A stretch of DNA of 64,000 bases, taken from assembly GCA_002633005.1 (NCBI GenBank), contig NMRA01000128.1, forward strand, positions 538,360 to 602,359. The letters are read 5' to 3'. The notes below the pieces were generated by a model. It was not told where the DNA came from. It saw nothing but the letters and a program-made list of their open reading frames with translations, and made no database searches. This document shows, piece by piece, positions 13,501 through 26,706 of the stretch. The number at the start of each line of letters is the position of its first letter. Position 1 is the stretch's first letter. This stretch comes from Phoronis australis. Taxonomy: Eukaryota; Animalia; Phoronida. The translations under genes and the position numbers were made by a program.

Positions 13501-16500
13501 CAACCTAGTAACTATTCACGTTTATCACCAGGGTCATCTGGATGGCCGGACTTCACTCGACCAGAAGTTCGTGAGTACTGGGCCAAGAAATTTGCACTAG
13601 ATGATTACCAAGGGTCGACATTAGACCTCTTCACCTGGAATGACATGAACGAGCCGTCTGTGTTTAGTGGACCTGAGGTCACTATGCATAAGGATGTGCT
13701 CCATGCGAATGGTTGGGAACACCGTGATGTACATAATGTCTATGGCATGTACCAGCAGTGGGCCACAGCTAAAGGGCTTGTGGATCGGTCAGGTGGTCTG
13801 CTACGGCCATTTGTATTAACCAGGGCTGTATTTGCAGGAAGTCAGAGATTTGGTAAGTGGAGTGAATGTGCGTTTGACTATCAAAGCATGGTCCTTCCTT
13901 TGCAGTGACAGGTTAAGCCTTGAATGAATAAGTTGTGCGTGTCTTGTACCCTGTCTTGTACCCCTGTATTGGTAGACTGATAATTCTGGAATATTTTATT
14001 TCTTCTGTGTTTTTTAACTTAATTATGAGGTCGTAGCTACATTAACATGAACTGTTTATATTTAGTAACTATTATTTACTAGTTTTCTAATCCATGTATT
14101 GTTCGTGGAGCAGATTATTCTCTACTGTTTGTTCCAAAAGCCGGTGAAAATATTGAAATACTAGACTATACATAAAGTTGAATTATGTATATTCTATCTA
14201 GACTATAGACTAAGTTGGATAATGTATAATCAAAACTAAGTTGAATAATGTGTACTAGACTATAGATGTAATTGGATTTTGTGTATGCTACTAGTTGTAG
14301 ACTAAGTTTGATAATTTGTCAATCAGGTGCCATGTGGACTGGAGATAACACTGCTGAATGGTCGCATCTCAAGATATCCTTGCCCATGCTCCTCTCTCTC
14401 AATGTGGTGGGGATCACGTTCAGTGGTGCTGACGTNTAGCTACATTAACATGAACTGTTTATATTTAGTAACTATTATTTACTAGTTTTCTAATCCATGT
14501 ATTGTTCGTGGAGCAGACTATTCTCTACTGTTTGTTCCAAAAGCCGGTGAAAATATTGAAATACTAGACTATACATAAAGTTGAATGATGTATATTCTAT
14601 CTAGACTATAGACTAAGTTGGATAATGTATATAAAAAAAATAATTGCAGGCAGTCTGATACACGTTGTATCAGACGTGCGCAGGCCTCGCATGTGGGCCC
14701 ATTGCACTGCTCACCTGGAAATATTTTTATGCTTTATTGATATATGGTTAAAACTGAGCTGAGGAGCTAGAAACCTGGCTCAAGGGTTTAGCAGTGTGAC
14801 CTGGGGACTTGAACCCACAGTCTCGAGTAAAGAAAGCGGGCACTTGTCAACCAGGCCACACTGCCTCCTCTTTGGATAATGTATAATCAAAACTAAGTTG
14901 AATAATGTGTACTAGACTATAGATGTAATTGGATTTTGTGTATGCTACTAGTTGTAGACTAAGTTTGATAATTTGTCAATCAGGTGCCATGTGGACTGGA
15001 GATAACACTGCTGAATGGTCGCATCTCAAGATATCCTTGCCCATGCTCCTCTCTCTCAATGTGGTGGGGATCACGTTCAGTGGTGCTGACGTTGGCGGCT
15101 TCTTTAAGAACCCTGACAACAATCTTCTGACCAGGTGGTACCAGGTAGGGTCTTATAACAATCTCACAGTAACTGGCTGTGATTTTGATACTGACATTGG
15201 CTAATAGATATGGATACTGCAGGGTTCTTGACTGTCACAAATTTACCCTTATTCTATATACTTTTAGGACATAAAAAGTTGCCGTGTATGGCATTTATTA
15301 TTTTAGGTATTCTTAGCAATTATTTTTCTTTACAATCAGTTCAACTAACTTCAGAAAATCAAAAGTTGTTGAATTCGAATTTTTATTAGGCTCATTTGTG
15401 TTGCTGATTGTTAAACTGATTGGCTTTCATTTCTGTAGGCTGGTGCTTACCAACCGTTCTTCAGGGCGCATGCTCACTTGGAGACGAGACGACGAGAGCC
15501 ATACCTGCTCCCGAAAGAGAATCTAGATATTGTACGCGAAGCCCTACGTGCACGCTACCGCCTGCTCCCCTATTGGTACACATTGGCGTATGAGAACGAG
15601 GTCACTGCAATGCCCATGATGCGACCTCTCTGGGTGGAGTATCCTTCTGACAAATACATCTTCAAGGAGGAAGACTCATATATGCTTGGTAGGAAATGTT
15701 GAGGTTTATGTTAACTGTTGGATTATGTGTATAGTTTGGTGATGTGTTTTTCCTGTAAGTCACTCCTTGAATGTAGTCTAAGAGTCTTATTTTGTTATCT
15801 CAGGGTCATCAATGTTAGTTCACCCTGTGACTGAAGATGGAGTCTCTAGTGTCGATGTCTACTTCCCTGGTGGAGTAACACAGGTCTGTACTGCTTGGAA
15901 GTCATGTAAAGTTTCTTTAACCCTCCCCCCCTCCCCGCCTTGGTTCCCCTTTCTTGGTCGATGAGTGCATAAAACAAAATTAGCATTTTGCCATGTTTTG
16001 TGCACTGACTGACAATAAATTTCAGTTGGACGTTTATCTGTCCTCTTTACATGTAGTAAACTGTCATGGGTAAATATGTAAACATGATTATGTTTAACTA
16101 TCCAGGTTTATTTTTTACATGGGTGATGTTAGTAGCCCACATTCTATTTTCTTTTCTGTGCAATAACTGTCATGTGACCTTACAATAACATTTTGGGTTA
16201 TTGAACAGCCACTGTTGTTGCACAAAAGTATCAAGATTTATTTGTTGCAAATTGTAATAAACTGCTCATAAGTCTAAATCTTTGTTAACATCACTTTATG
16301 TTGCCGTGATGTCAGTAATATTGGTGTTACGACTGTTTGTGGTGGTTATCATGTGTTTTTTTGTTTACAATTACACTTCAGGTGTGGTATGACTCGGACA
16401 CCTTCATGAAGTTCCCAGGTGGGAACACCTTCAGCATTCCTACTCCTCTCAATAAGGTGAGTGAGGAGTACATGTTGTTGTCAGTTGAAATGTTGGACTT

Positions 16501-19500
16501 GAAAGTTTATGCAAAGCTTAAATGCTTATTTGGTTCCTTGTCAGAGATTTTGTCCTAAGCTGATGCAGTACTGCTATTTTTATTTAAAGTTCAACATTTT
16601 CACTGAAATCGGATGAAATGATGCAGTGATATAGATTTGTAGGTGTTTTATTTTTAATATGCTGTGTGCACAGAGCTGAACCACAAGTATTTGCCCTGAA
16701 AGTTATAAATTGCGCTGAGTTTTGTTTCATGTTCTAGTCTGACGACAGCCAATTGCGCCTTATTTGCCAGTACTTTTGATACTACTTCTACAATCCTCTT
16801 GTATTTCTGTGCTGAGGAAGTTCCATGCAAATAGTCCATATGTCCATTATTTTTTAAGGTGCCTGTGTTTTATCGCGGCGGCTACATTGTGCCCCGTAAG
16901 GAAAGAGTTCGCCGTTCATCATCACTCACCTGGAATGACCCTCATTCTCTTATTGTGGCCCTGGATGATAAGGTACTCTCTAATATTACTGTGAGATTAA
17001 AACTTATTAATTAAATTAGTGTTCTTAATGTAATTGTTCAAAAACAAGTTTTACCAGAACGAAATTAAGTGGAAGTATTCTGGCTTGCATAACTGTAATC
17101 TCTCATAGACACGTGTAAATTTCACACATCACAAGAGTACGGATATCATTGTTTCATTGGTCTAAGGGTTTTGCTGTACGACTTTATGAATTAATGCAAG
17201 TTCATACACAGTGCATATTAGTTGAAGACTACAGATCATTGGAGTATTAATGAGGCTGAACAAAATGTTCTTGAGAAAATATACACACACACATAATGAG
17301 CATACCTAGATTTTTTATTCGATCCACTGAGGATTTTATTGCCTTATTATCATTCCTCTAACAGATTATTCTCTTACCCAAAACCACTAATCCGTACCAG
17401 TTTCGTGTACACCATTTTTATAAAGAATAATCAAACTTACTAAACATATTGGAGAGTTAGAAAGACTAACTTTTGCTTTTGACCACTTCAAAATAATTAC
17501 AAAATTGATCTCCGAATTTTATGATCCGAAAGAATTGGCTGTTTGTGTTGGCTTGAAATGAGGCTTGTTAGCTTGTCACATCGGGTCATTTTAGGCACTA
17601 AGCATGGTCTCGACATGTAATTTTTTTCCAAATCCAGAAACCTGTTCTCATCCAAGGTAGGAATAAGTCGCGACCAGTTTTGTAATGATAAGTTGTCTAA
17701 ATGAAGATTTGCTGACAGAACATAGGTTTGTAGACACTTCTTAAACCTTATAGCTATCTATTACCAGTGGTGTTCGTTTATGGTTTAAAAGAGCATTCAA
17801 AGTCCCTTTAGTATTCACAGGTTACTAGTTAAAACTTTTCTATGTGATTTTATGTAAAGTATGTGATTTGATTGCTACACAGGGTGAAGCTGGTGGTCAG
17901 CTGTATATGGACGACTATCACACGCTCAAGTATAAGAATGGAGAATACGCTTACAGACAATTCACATTTAAAGATGGCTCATTACATAATAAGTAAGTGG
18001 ACTGTCATTCAAACTGTTGTGCACTTTTGGAACAACGATGCATTTCAGCAATTACAATTAATTTCTCCAGGTCATTAACAGAGCCTTATCTACCCTAAAA
18101 TATACACCTCCCCAGGTCACTTTGGTTGGAACTGCCTTGTTTGTTGCCAGTATTTAAATGTCTTTTTGCAGATTTAGGAAAACCAGTAGTAAACTGCCAA
18201 TCTGGTCTTTTTGCGCTTATCATTTGTGTAGATGTAGTGTTTCCGACCCTTTCTGGACTAATTGTTGGTTGTTTGTGACAAACCAAGTGTCATTAGTAAG
18301 GTTAATGCCTAGCAGATTAAGTAAACCACAATATTCAGTCAGACATTGTGCGTGTGGATGCATGTGTTTCTTTTTGCTACTTTTCTTTAGAGAACTATTA
18401 TAACCTTTCATTTGCTGATTTATAAAACATTTACTGATTATGTCATTACATTCTGTATTCAAAAGGTCAGTGTTTTACTTTTAGTTTTATTTTCCTAAAC
18501 TGCGTGACAGAAGCATGTTCAAGGGTTTGCGATAGTATCTATGTTAACTGAGTGATCATTTCTGTTATTTCGTGGCATTTAGAGAACTGAATTGTTGCTA
18601 CCAACTTAAGTATAGATCAGAATCAACTTTTCCTGGAACAAAAGAGACAAAAAAGTTGATGCTGGTTCAGAATACATGAATACTGTTAGATCAAACCTTA
18701 AACAAAACTTGTCTAAATAAGAAGCTGTTAACATAAGACACAAATGCAAATATGTTTATGGCTTGCAGTGGTGTTCTAATAGGTTATAATTTGCCTTTCC
18801 AGAAATGCTAACCCAACGGGTAACTTTAAGACGAGGTCATGGTTAGAGAGAGTTACCATTCTGGGTCTGCAGAAGCCACCAACAAAAGTACAAGTTACAG
18901 GTAAGTCTGGATTGCACTGGTTCCAGGAAAGACCCTTATGCTCAATTTTGGAGCCATTTGGTCACTCATTCAGTATTAACATGATTGTAAACTCCAAAAA
19001 AATATTTTTTTATAAATGCCTCCTTTGATATCTTAACTTTGACTTGGTCTTTTATATGAATTGAAATAAATTCAAAGACATGGTTTTTAGAGGTTATTCA
19101 CCAACCACTTTCTTCCGTCTTTCTCTTCTATTTCTGTCAATGGTTTAGCTCCGCCCAATGACCAAATTACATGTTCTGGAATTTCTGCGATCGACTGAGC
19201 ACTACCGAGCATTTTAAGGTTACCGCCATTTTTGTAAAAGTCAACATTCATTCATACATGAGACTTGTGGATCAAATCTGAAATAAACTAAAATGTAAGT
19301 AATGGCCTAATTCAACTAGAGTTTATATTTGCGAGCATAACAGGCAGAGGCTATGATTTATTGCATCAGTGAACACGCTGAATGATGAATGCATTGGGCT
19401 TGGCAGTGTATTTCACATCTCCTAGGGATCCAGGTAAATTGCACGCCAAATATGGATTTATATCTACCGTCAGACATTAGTTATGGAAACCAGAATCAAC

Positions 19501-21025
19501 ACGATACTCGGTTGGTAAACTGATATTTCCGTCTCCAGTAAGACCCGTTGAGTGAATTATGATCAGACCCTCAAGTGTCTCTGATAAAATGAATGAAAGT
19601 TCACAGTTTTGTGAACTTGCTTTTTACAAGAAAGGGAACCAAGAGACAGGGTTATAATTTTATTTCAAAACATGAAAGTGGTTCAAAGTAGCAACATAAA
19701 ATCATGGCTAAATCTGACCCCTGAGCTCGGTCATTTCTCGACCCACCGCGCAGCACAATTCTCTCAGGTTTTCTTTCAGTGCCCTTATTGCCCTTTGGAA
19801 ATTCTCCGTGTAATCTTTATTTCATTTACACCACGTTTACATGGTACCAGCCCTTGATAAATCTGCATTGACCTAGTTCAGCTAAATGACATACAAACTC
19901 CGCCCATGTGATTCTGAGCATTCGGGCAGACTCAGTTAGGTCGCTAAAACTGAACAATTATTACTAAATTTCTGCATTGCACAATACACAAATTCATCAT
20001 ATGTTGAAGTTATAAATACCCCTACTCAAGTAACTGAAAATTACTAGCTCTCATTGTGAAGAAACTCCTGAAAGTTCTGATATGATGCCAAATAGGCACT
20101 TCTCGATCACCGCCGTGCGTTATTGCCGTTTTCTGGCATTGTGATTTTGAACATTATTTCAATTTTTGAACATTGATGTCTTGGAGATGCATGAATGGAT
20201 TGCTATGAAATTTTGAATATATGCAATTTGATACCTCTAGATTTAGATCCTAGTTTTTCAGAACAAAGCCTGGGTATGGACGTATTTGCTCAAAATGCTC
20301 TAAAAAGTGGATAATTAAAAAAACTAAGACCTATTTAAAAAATCTGAGACATGGATCTCTCAAAAATGTTGTTATCAACATGTTTACAAAAGACCAATAT
20401 GGAGGAACAATCTGTTCAAAGTAAAAAAAATTAATACTAAAAATGCATATTTTGTGAAAAAAGTAAAGACAAGTAAATATGAATGATAAATTCTATTGGG
20501 AAATTTATCCACCTCCTAGAAAATATTCTGTAGGGGTTACAGCTAACAGAATTTAAGATATTTGCACACGAGTACAACCTAGTAAACAAGGTTTACACTT
20601 TAATGCCTGAGTTGTAATTAGAATATATGGGTTCTGGTCACTTTCAAGAGATTTTGTCTAAAGTGGGAGTTCAGTATGTTTTTTGAAATTGTTTTTTTAT
20701 TCTGGATTTACCCCTGAAAATAACTCTATGTACAATTTTATTGTACATGGTATGTAGTAGTATGCAGTTCAGCTGTAATGTAAAAGGAAAATGCCAATAT
20801 TCAGGTTTAGTGCATAATTTATATAATATTCAGGTTTAGTGCATAATTTATATTCGTGGAGAATTGGCTGTGGGTCTGTATTCAATTTTAACAGTGTTTT
20901 TTTGTTGTATTTCAGGTGGTGAAATAAAAGAGCTTTCATTTTCGTATGATGCAAATTTGAAGTGTTTAGTTATACGTAAACCTGGAGTTAACATGGCGGA
21001 AGACTGGATCATCACACTTGTTTAG
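1552..21025 (+). CDS. GANAB: Neutral alpha-glucosidase AB (ER glucosidase II alpha subunit, GH31), 22 exons, about 967 aa
   Basis: Exons: 1552-1637 (tentative), 2905-3012, 4865-5113, 5277-5444, 6979-7039, 7675-7792, 8988-9084, 9541-9642, 9926-10004, 10594-10767, 10915-10976, 11212-11289, 12360-12562, 13532-13852, 14984-15144, 15439-15688, 15804-15883, 16382-16456, 16859-16972, 17883-17992, 18803-18900, 20916-21025 (TAG). All introns are GT-AG and the joined 2904 nt stay in frame. Family motifs: hydrophobic signal followed by [48 protein letters not shown], the GH31 nucleophile motif [28 protein letters not shown], and C-terminal [11 protein letters not shown]. Confidence 0.95.
4585..4820. mobile_element. 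MITE with GGGCC-starting terminal inverted repeats (Harbinger-like)
   Basis: Left end GGGCCTCTTCCAAGAAAACTGACTTA matches the reverse complement of the right end, GGGCCCGTTCCAAGAAACTGACTTA. The interior is rich in CTTAAG/CTTAG sub-repeats. No clean TSD, so the superfamily is an inference. Confidence 0.7.
6910..6978 (+). CDS. GANAB: In-frame 69-nt alternative 5' extension of GANAB exon 5
   Basis: Upstream acceptor cctccttgtttgtag|G lies exactly 69 nt before the 6979 acceptor, in the same phase and stop-free. It adds (R)[22 protein letters not shown]. Confidence 0.6.
14034..15092. repeat. Near-identical duplication flanking a single N (probable allelic/assembly duplication), including a truncated copy of GANAB exon 15 at 14327-14435
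   Basis: 14034-14435 is repeated from 14437 onward with only two substitutions seen (cagaTta/cagaCta, gaatTat/gaatGat). The junction is the N at 14436. Copy 2 additionally carries the SINE. Confidence 0.9.
14632..14871 (-). mobile_element. tRNA-derived SINE, about 240 bp, 14-bp TSD
   Basis: The - strand begins AGAGGAGGCAGTGTGGCCTGGTTGA (box A-like), contains GGGTTCAAGTCC (box B) and ends in a T run. The TSD TTGGATAATGTATA lies at 14618-14631 and 14872-14885. The element is absent from the first copy of the duplication. Confidence 0.9.
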
Positions 21026-21104
21026 TGGTTCATTTTTTGATATCAACTTCATTGAGATATTTGTTAGAATTTGTATACAGTAGAACAATTCGGCTCACCA
21101 CATC

Positions 21105-21110
21105 AATAAA
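21105..21110 (+). terminator. Candidate proximal polyadenylation signal of GANAB
   Basis: AATAAA 80 nt after the stop codon. The T/GT-rich sequence continuing to about 22.8 kb could be a longer 3' UTR. Confidence 0.4.
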
Positions 21111-22959
21111 TCATCTCAATCCTGTGAGACTTTCTTGTAACTATGGTAACTGGACATATGAGAACCATAACTCATATTATACCCCGCCATAAAGCAGAAT
21201 GACTTCATTTCCATGCTGTTTATCTACTGTATATTCTTGCTCCAAATTGTCTATTCCTAAAAGTTACAGTGTGTCACTACATCCCAGACTGTGCAGTACA
21301 ACTATCTCTCCTACAAGATCAGGGCAGCGTTCAGTTGACCCAAGACACTAGCAAGAAAGCTAGTGCAATCACATGCTTCTGCTGTAATGCATAGTGATAT
21401 CTCACGACTTGCGTGAAATTGAGCTTTCATGAGTTTCTTTTGTCTAAGGACCGCAGCCCAGATTGTCGGTCTCATGTGAATGGCCACTTGTCTCCGCATT
21501 TCCAAAATCTCTCATTGAGAAATGACATAACGAATTTGTTTGTTATTTTTCTTGCTATTTTGTTGGTTACACTATATTCAACTGGTCACAATCTTAAGTC
21601 TGGAAGAAGTGCTATTTTTGATATGTACCTAAAAATAACTTGGCTGTGTATTTTGTTTTTGTTGCTGATCCATCATCTTATTGTGTATAAGTAGATCCTC
21701 TGTGACGGATTGTTCCAAGTGACACTACTACTATGTAACTGCAGCCAGAATAGTGTTGGTGCACTAACTACACAGTGTTCTGTGCGCTCATCTTCACCTC
21801 TTCACCTTGCTGTTTCTGTCAGTGATGTGTGTACAGCCCTTGTCTCAGAGTCCTTACCTAGTCCTTACACATTACTTGTACAGTTAATCATGTTAATGAT
21901 GATGTCTAGAGTTTTGTGTCCATTATCAAAAAACTGACAAAGTAGATAAAGATAACTTTTGAACAAAAGGTGCTGTCTAGCATCCCTGTCCTTTACCACC
22001 ACAAGTCATCAACAGTTCTTATCTTCATCAATAGATGGCACACCTGGTGGTAAATTGATGTTGATAATCTGGTATTTATTGAGCTCTGACATCTGGTTCT
22101 TGACTGGTGGAGCACATAAAGCATGCGCTTACTACACCAGGCTCAGTCTTAATAGTCTGGATTTGTGAATTGATACCAAATTGCTTTCCAATATGGACAT
22201 CGCAAGTCAGCATTTGTTTGCCAAAAAGTGTCATTTCACTTTGTCAATCATGTGAATATTTGTATAATCCTGTCAAATTATTTTAAATGTGCTGCTGTTC
22301 ATATAAGACCTGTACAGTGCTGCTACTTAAGTATGTTCGGAAGAGTTAAGATTATTGTGCAATTTTTCTTATGATGTCTGTATGGCCTCGTCATGTTGGG
22401 TTTATCCTTGCCTTCACCTGCAATACTGCTCCTTTTTCTTAGTTTTTGTGGGGTCTCTTTAAGGTTAATAATGGTTGGTTGTTGTGTTGTAGTTTTTTAT
22501 TTACATTGTTTCTCTGTATCAGTAACAAGTTGCTCACATTGAAAAAAGCCTGTGTTCTCATTTAGTAGTGTTATGTCACTGCTGGTTGAGGTACACAGTG
22601 GCGGTTTGTTATGAGCACTGTGTGTGCAAGAGATCACATGCACAACAGTGACTCCTATTGTTCACTCGCGCATTACTGTGCTGTAAAAGTTCTTTGATTT
22701 TAATCACAGTTTAATGGTTCCTTGATTTTTGTTGGTTTGGTCTAGAAACTGATTTTTTCCTGAAACGTTGTGGATCCTGAATTATAGATTAAATGAATTA
22801 AGCATTTTTACCTTATTATTCGTGGTAAATGTTTTCTTGTGCAAGTTGATTTCGTATATTATGTTTGAGGGGGAAAGTTTTATCTTCCAGCTTTTTCATA
22901 CACCTACTGAAAATGTTGACCAAAATGTCTGATTGGCGCTATTGTAGCCTGATGAATGA

Positions 22960-23015
22960 TTGAGAAATGGGCCACTGACAGTCAAACTTGAGAAATGGGC
23001 CACTGACAGTCAAAC
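22960..23015. repeat. Perfect 28-bp tandem duplication
   Basis: TTGAGAAATGGGCCACTGACAGTCAAAC x2, followed by TTTCTCAA, which is the inverted complement of the unit start. Confidence 0.9.
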
Positions 23016-24488
23016 TTTCTCAATGTCAATGCAAAGGCACCCGTTGTGTAAACTGTTATTTAAGGGATGTGATTCCATTTAGCGTCCCTTCTCAAGTGGC
23101 CACTGGTGCATTGGTTTTGACGGCTGATATTCGAGCCCGTGCGTTTCAGTCCTTGTAAACTACGAGTTCATGTGTGTCAGTTCGCTCCTGGAAGATAAAC
23201 TCGTTGGAAGATTTGTTAGACAATCGGGTAGATGCTGATTGAACGTTATAGTATTGGAAGACGACGAGGGCAGTAGTTCCATTCCATTTGTGTTTAAGAA
23301 ATAAAGTGGTCTTGAATATATATGTACACTGTCTTTGACTTGTGTTTGGCAAATTTGGGCACCTGTCAGATTTAGCGCGTCCGCAAGGTTATTTTGCTAA
23401 CCTACGTGTTCGTCATTGTATGGCGACTGTAACCACCGATTCTATTGTTATGTCTCTCTGTGGAAGTTGGAACTGTTATGAATGTATTGAAATGACACAA
23501 TTAAAAAAATACTGTGCAACTGACACCGTCCATACAACTGAGTAGAATTACGTGATGCCAGACTTCCTGGTATGGCATTTATGCCCATAAGAGAACACAA
23601 CCGAGCAAAATGACGGAAGTGAACTATTTTCGCGCAGACTTGTATACTTCGTATGAGTAAGATAATACACGCTTGTGTTGGTGGAGTAAATTATGATAGG
23701 GTGACCATCAACAAAGAAAAATGTCGTTTTGTGAATCCGCCCGAAAATTGACTGGTCCTGTCGCATTGTCGTCACATAACTCAGGATCAAGTTTCATTTA
23801 AATCTGACCATCGCTTCTCTACTGAGATAGCATCCAGAAACGCTATTTCCCAAATAAACTGAAAAGTTCTGGCTTCGGCTGGGTGCGAGGCAGATTGAAA
23901 AGTAGCAAATTTCAAGGTCCGACCTGTGGTTTACGAGATATCGAACAGAAAACGGAACATGAGTTTCATGAATTGGTCATAGCACCATTGTAAATTGTGG
24001 TTAGAATTTTCTCGTCTGCAACCGGGAAGGTCACTCATATTGACAAGGTGCCGCAGGCATGTACCAACATTTCGGGTAGGCGGTACTTTTTAAGCAATAA
24101 GTTTTGAGGGACCCGCACGGGGTCCAATAGGCCCCTAAATATGAATTTCGCCTCCGCAAAAGGGGTGGAGCAGAAACAAATACCCTGCAAAAGCCGGGGG
24201 TGAGGCAGAAAAATCTACCTCGCAAAAGGGGGAGGGGTGGGAATTAGCAGACCTCAGTGATGCCCGGAATAGGGGGTCTCTGAGCAATTTTTGTTCACTA
24301 CACGCCTTCGGGTACCTTGTCAGTGAGTGACTCCCCGGCCTTTGCACACATAAGCGCTCATACCACGCCAGAGCAGTCGAACTTAGTGCTTTATTGACCT
24401 CATTGCTTTAGTGGTAAACTGGTGCTTCACCGTGACAAGCCAAATGTAGAGCATGCCTTGATCTCAAGCTTGGGGCTACTAAACATTG

Positions 24489-24727
24489 CAGTGGCAGATC
24501 TACGATTTCAGCAAGGGGGGGTTTAGGATTCGAGAGAATCCGAGGCGCGTAGCGCCGAGGAGAAGGAAGGTCGCGAGAGGGTTTCCCTCCTCCCGTGTAA
24601 GATTTTTTGGGATTTTTAGTAACTAATTTCGTTTTTCTGGCGATTTTTTTCCAGTTTTTATTTTTGATCCTGTCCCGAGGGGAGGGTTTAAACCCCCTGA
24701 ACCCCCCCCCCTGTAGATCCGCCTCTG
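24489..24727. mobile_element. hAT-type MITE with 5-bp TSD, related to the 37351-40032 element
   Basis: TIRs CAGTGGCAGATCTAC / GTAGATCCGCCTCTG and TSD CATTG (24484-24488, 24728-24732). Sub-terminal sequence at both ends is shared with the 2.7-kb element. Confidence 0.85.
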
Positions 24728-24884
24728 CATTGTTTAGTGGTGCGAGGTTGCGCGGAGTCAAGCAAAAATGCAATTTTAAGTCAGTCTTTTAAGAACTCAA
24801 GTTCTCTTTAATTTGACTGAATTAGTTACCAATTTCGCAATGGTTGGAGGTCTAGCTTACCCACAGTTCGTTTGTGACGGATGA

Positions 24885-24953
24885 CATGGGCGGCGTACCA
24901 TATGTAGGGCGCTGGGGTGAGAGCCCCACTTTTTCCGTGCTGCGCCGCCCATA
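24885..24953. mobile_element. About 70-bp mini-MITE (CATGGGCGGCG...CGCCGCCCAT)
   Basis: Short terminal inverted repeats. It is the reverse-complement homologue of the units at 52568-52710. Confidence 0.7.
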
Positions 24954-26232
24954 TATCTCATGAGGCGGGTTACAAAAAAGAAAATATACATCTTCAGTAT
25001 TGTGTTAGACGTCGGGCATTCTCTTCTGTAGAAAAAGCTCGGAGCTTTTTCTACAGAAGATCGCAGCATGCCTAACGGTTTCCCGTCAAGTCGTTATACC
25101 ATGCAGAGAACATGACCAAAATATGGCGAATTGAAAGGGATAAACTGCTTCCAACATATTCCACGCCTCACTGAAAAACTGAAGATATATTTATGCAAAC
25201 AATTGTATATATGTGTAGAACACGTACGTTTGGCTACACTTTTCTCGACGCGAGATAGCCATTGAACTCTACCGCCGTACTTCAATGGCCCGTTCAGGCT
25301 TGTACTGTAGGCTTTCCAGGTGAAATGACTCGCAACTTTACATTTTGTTCATGGAGTTTTCGACTCAGTGGAAGAAAGGCGGGAAAGTCTATGATATGTG
25401 CACTGCAAGGCAAAACGTCGTGACTAATGTAGGCCCTATAGTGCCTCCAAAGGGCTTGAACACCTAGTTGATAAGTTTTACGCTAACATGAGTGAAACGA
25501 ACCTAGAGTGGTGGAGATGAAACAACATCCCACGAGACTTTATTCCGTGTATCGACCACGAACGTAATAAGGTCGCTTCGAACTCCTAGTTTCGTTACTT
25601 TTTTCGGCAGAATTTTAGAATACTTCCCCAAGCTGTTCACGAGGTGCATCAAAGCCTTTCACTCTCACTACTTAAAGATAACAATGTTAAATGTAATTAT
25701 TTATTACGTGAAGAGATACCCGATGAAAACAACGGTAATAGTGCATTGAACTTGCAACATTTTATTGAAATAATTAATAGTATAACCATGTGGTTACAAA
25801 TCCATACATACGATCACATTTTACCAACTGTCGTCTCAGATGGTTCCAAGACAGTTGAACGAACCCTGCCATGTGCTTTACGTTATGTTTTCATTGGCTC
25901 TGCTTCATCTTATATACATTTGTTATTCAGAGCAAAGCGTAAAACAGTTTAGTTTGATTATATAGGAAAACGTTATGTTCCGAGGTTTTCAAACATAGGA
26001 ATAATAGTGATCCATGCTCCTAAGTAATGGTTTTGCTGTGAAGCACAAAGTATAATGGACTTCGCAATACTAAACCCTCTGTATACCAGCCTTTCGTACG
26101 AAAACACTTTTGCCCCAACTTTAACACTTTAAACTATTTCGGGAAAGTTTGATGAGTGAGCCGTCAAGTGACGTTGAGTCGACATTGGCCTTCCTTGAAC
26201 CTTCATGTCAGCTAAGAGTCCCGTGAGTGCAG

Positions 26233-26317
<85 letters not shown>

Positions 26318-26377
26318 GTATATGCATATGCATATGCATATGCATATGTATATGTATATGTATATGTATATATATAT
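26233..26377. repeat. Compound microsatellite (TA)n-(TATATG/CATATG)n
   Basis: Directly visible. It explains the YI/IC/MH-repeat pseudo-ORFs in the track. Confidence 0.98.
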
Positions 26378-26645
26378 ACCACAGGGCCGTATTGCACGCA
26401 ACTTATTCAACGCGTATGGGATGACATATCACAAATAAGGAATAGACGGTGATTATTATTCACTTAACATACATTTAACTGACATAGGAAGTCAATGGTA
26501 TAAAATATACTTCAATTAATAAATTAACAAATAAATTGGACACCCCATTAAAAATAAATAATGTAGTGCTTCATATCTACCCTCCACAGAGTACATCATG
26601 ATAAGCAAACTGTTGATGTGTTAGTGATAACTGACATATCTTTCC

Positions 26646-26706
26646 GTGTATGTGTGTGTTTGTGTGTGTACGTGCGTGCGTGTGTGTGCGTGTGTGTGCG
26701 TGTGTG
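26646..26706. repeat. (TG)n/(TGCG)n microsatellite
   Basis: Directly visible. Confidence 0.9.

Noticed and set aside
14327-14435. Tandem exon duplication / mutually exclusive GANAB exon
   Set aside because: It is identical to the start of 14984-15144, is cut off at the N and has no donor. An allelic assembly artefact explains it better.
14790-14871. tRNA gene
   Set aside because: Box A/B are present but I see no complete cloverleaf, and the sequence sits within a TSD-flanked SINE.
18930-20540. Transposon filling the last GANAB intron
   Set aside because: The composition looks repeat-like, but I could not find matching TIRs, a TSD or coding remnants.
26129-26438. ORFs with YI/IC/MH repeats
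   Set aside because: They are translations of a microsatellite.
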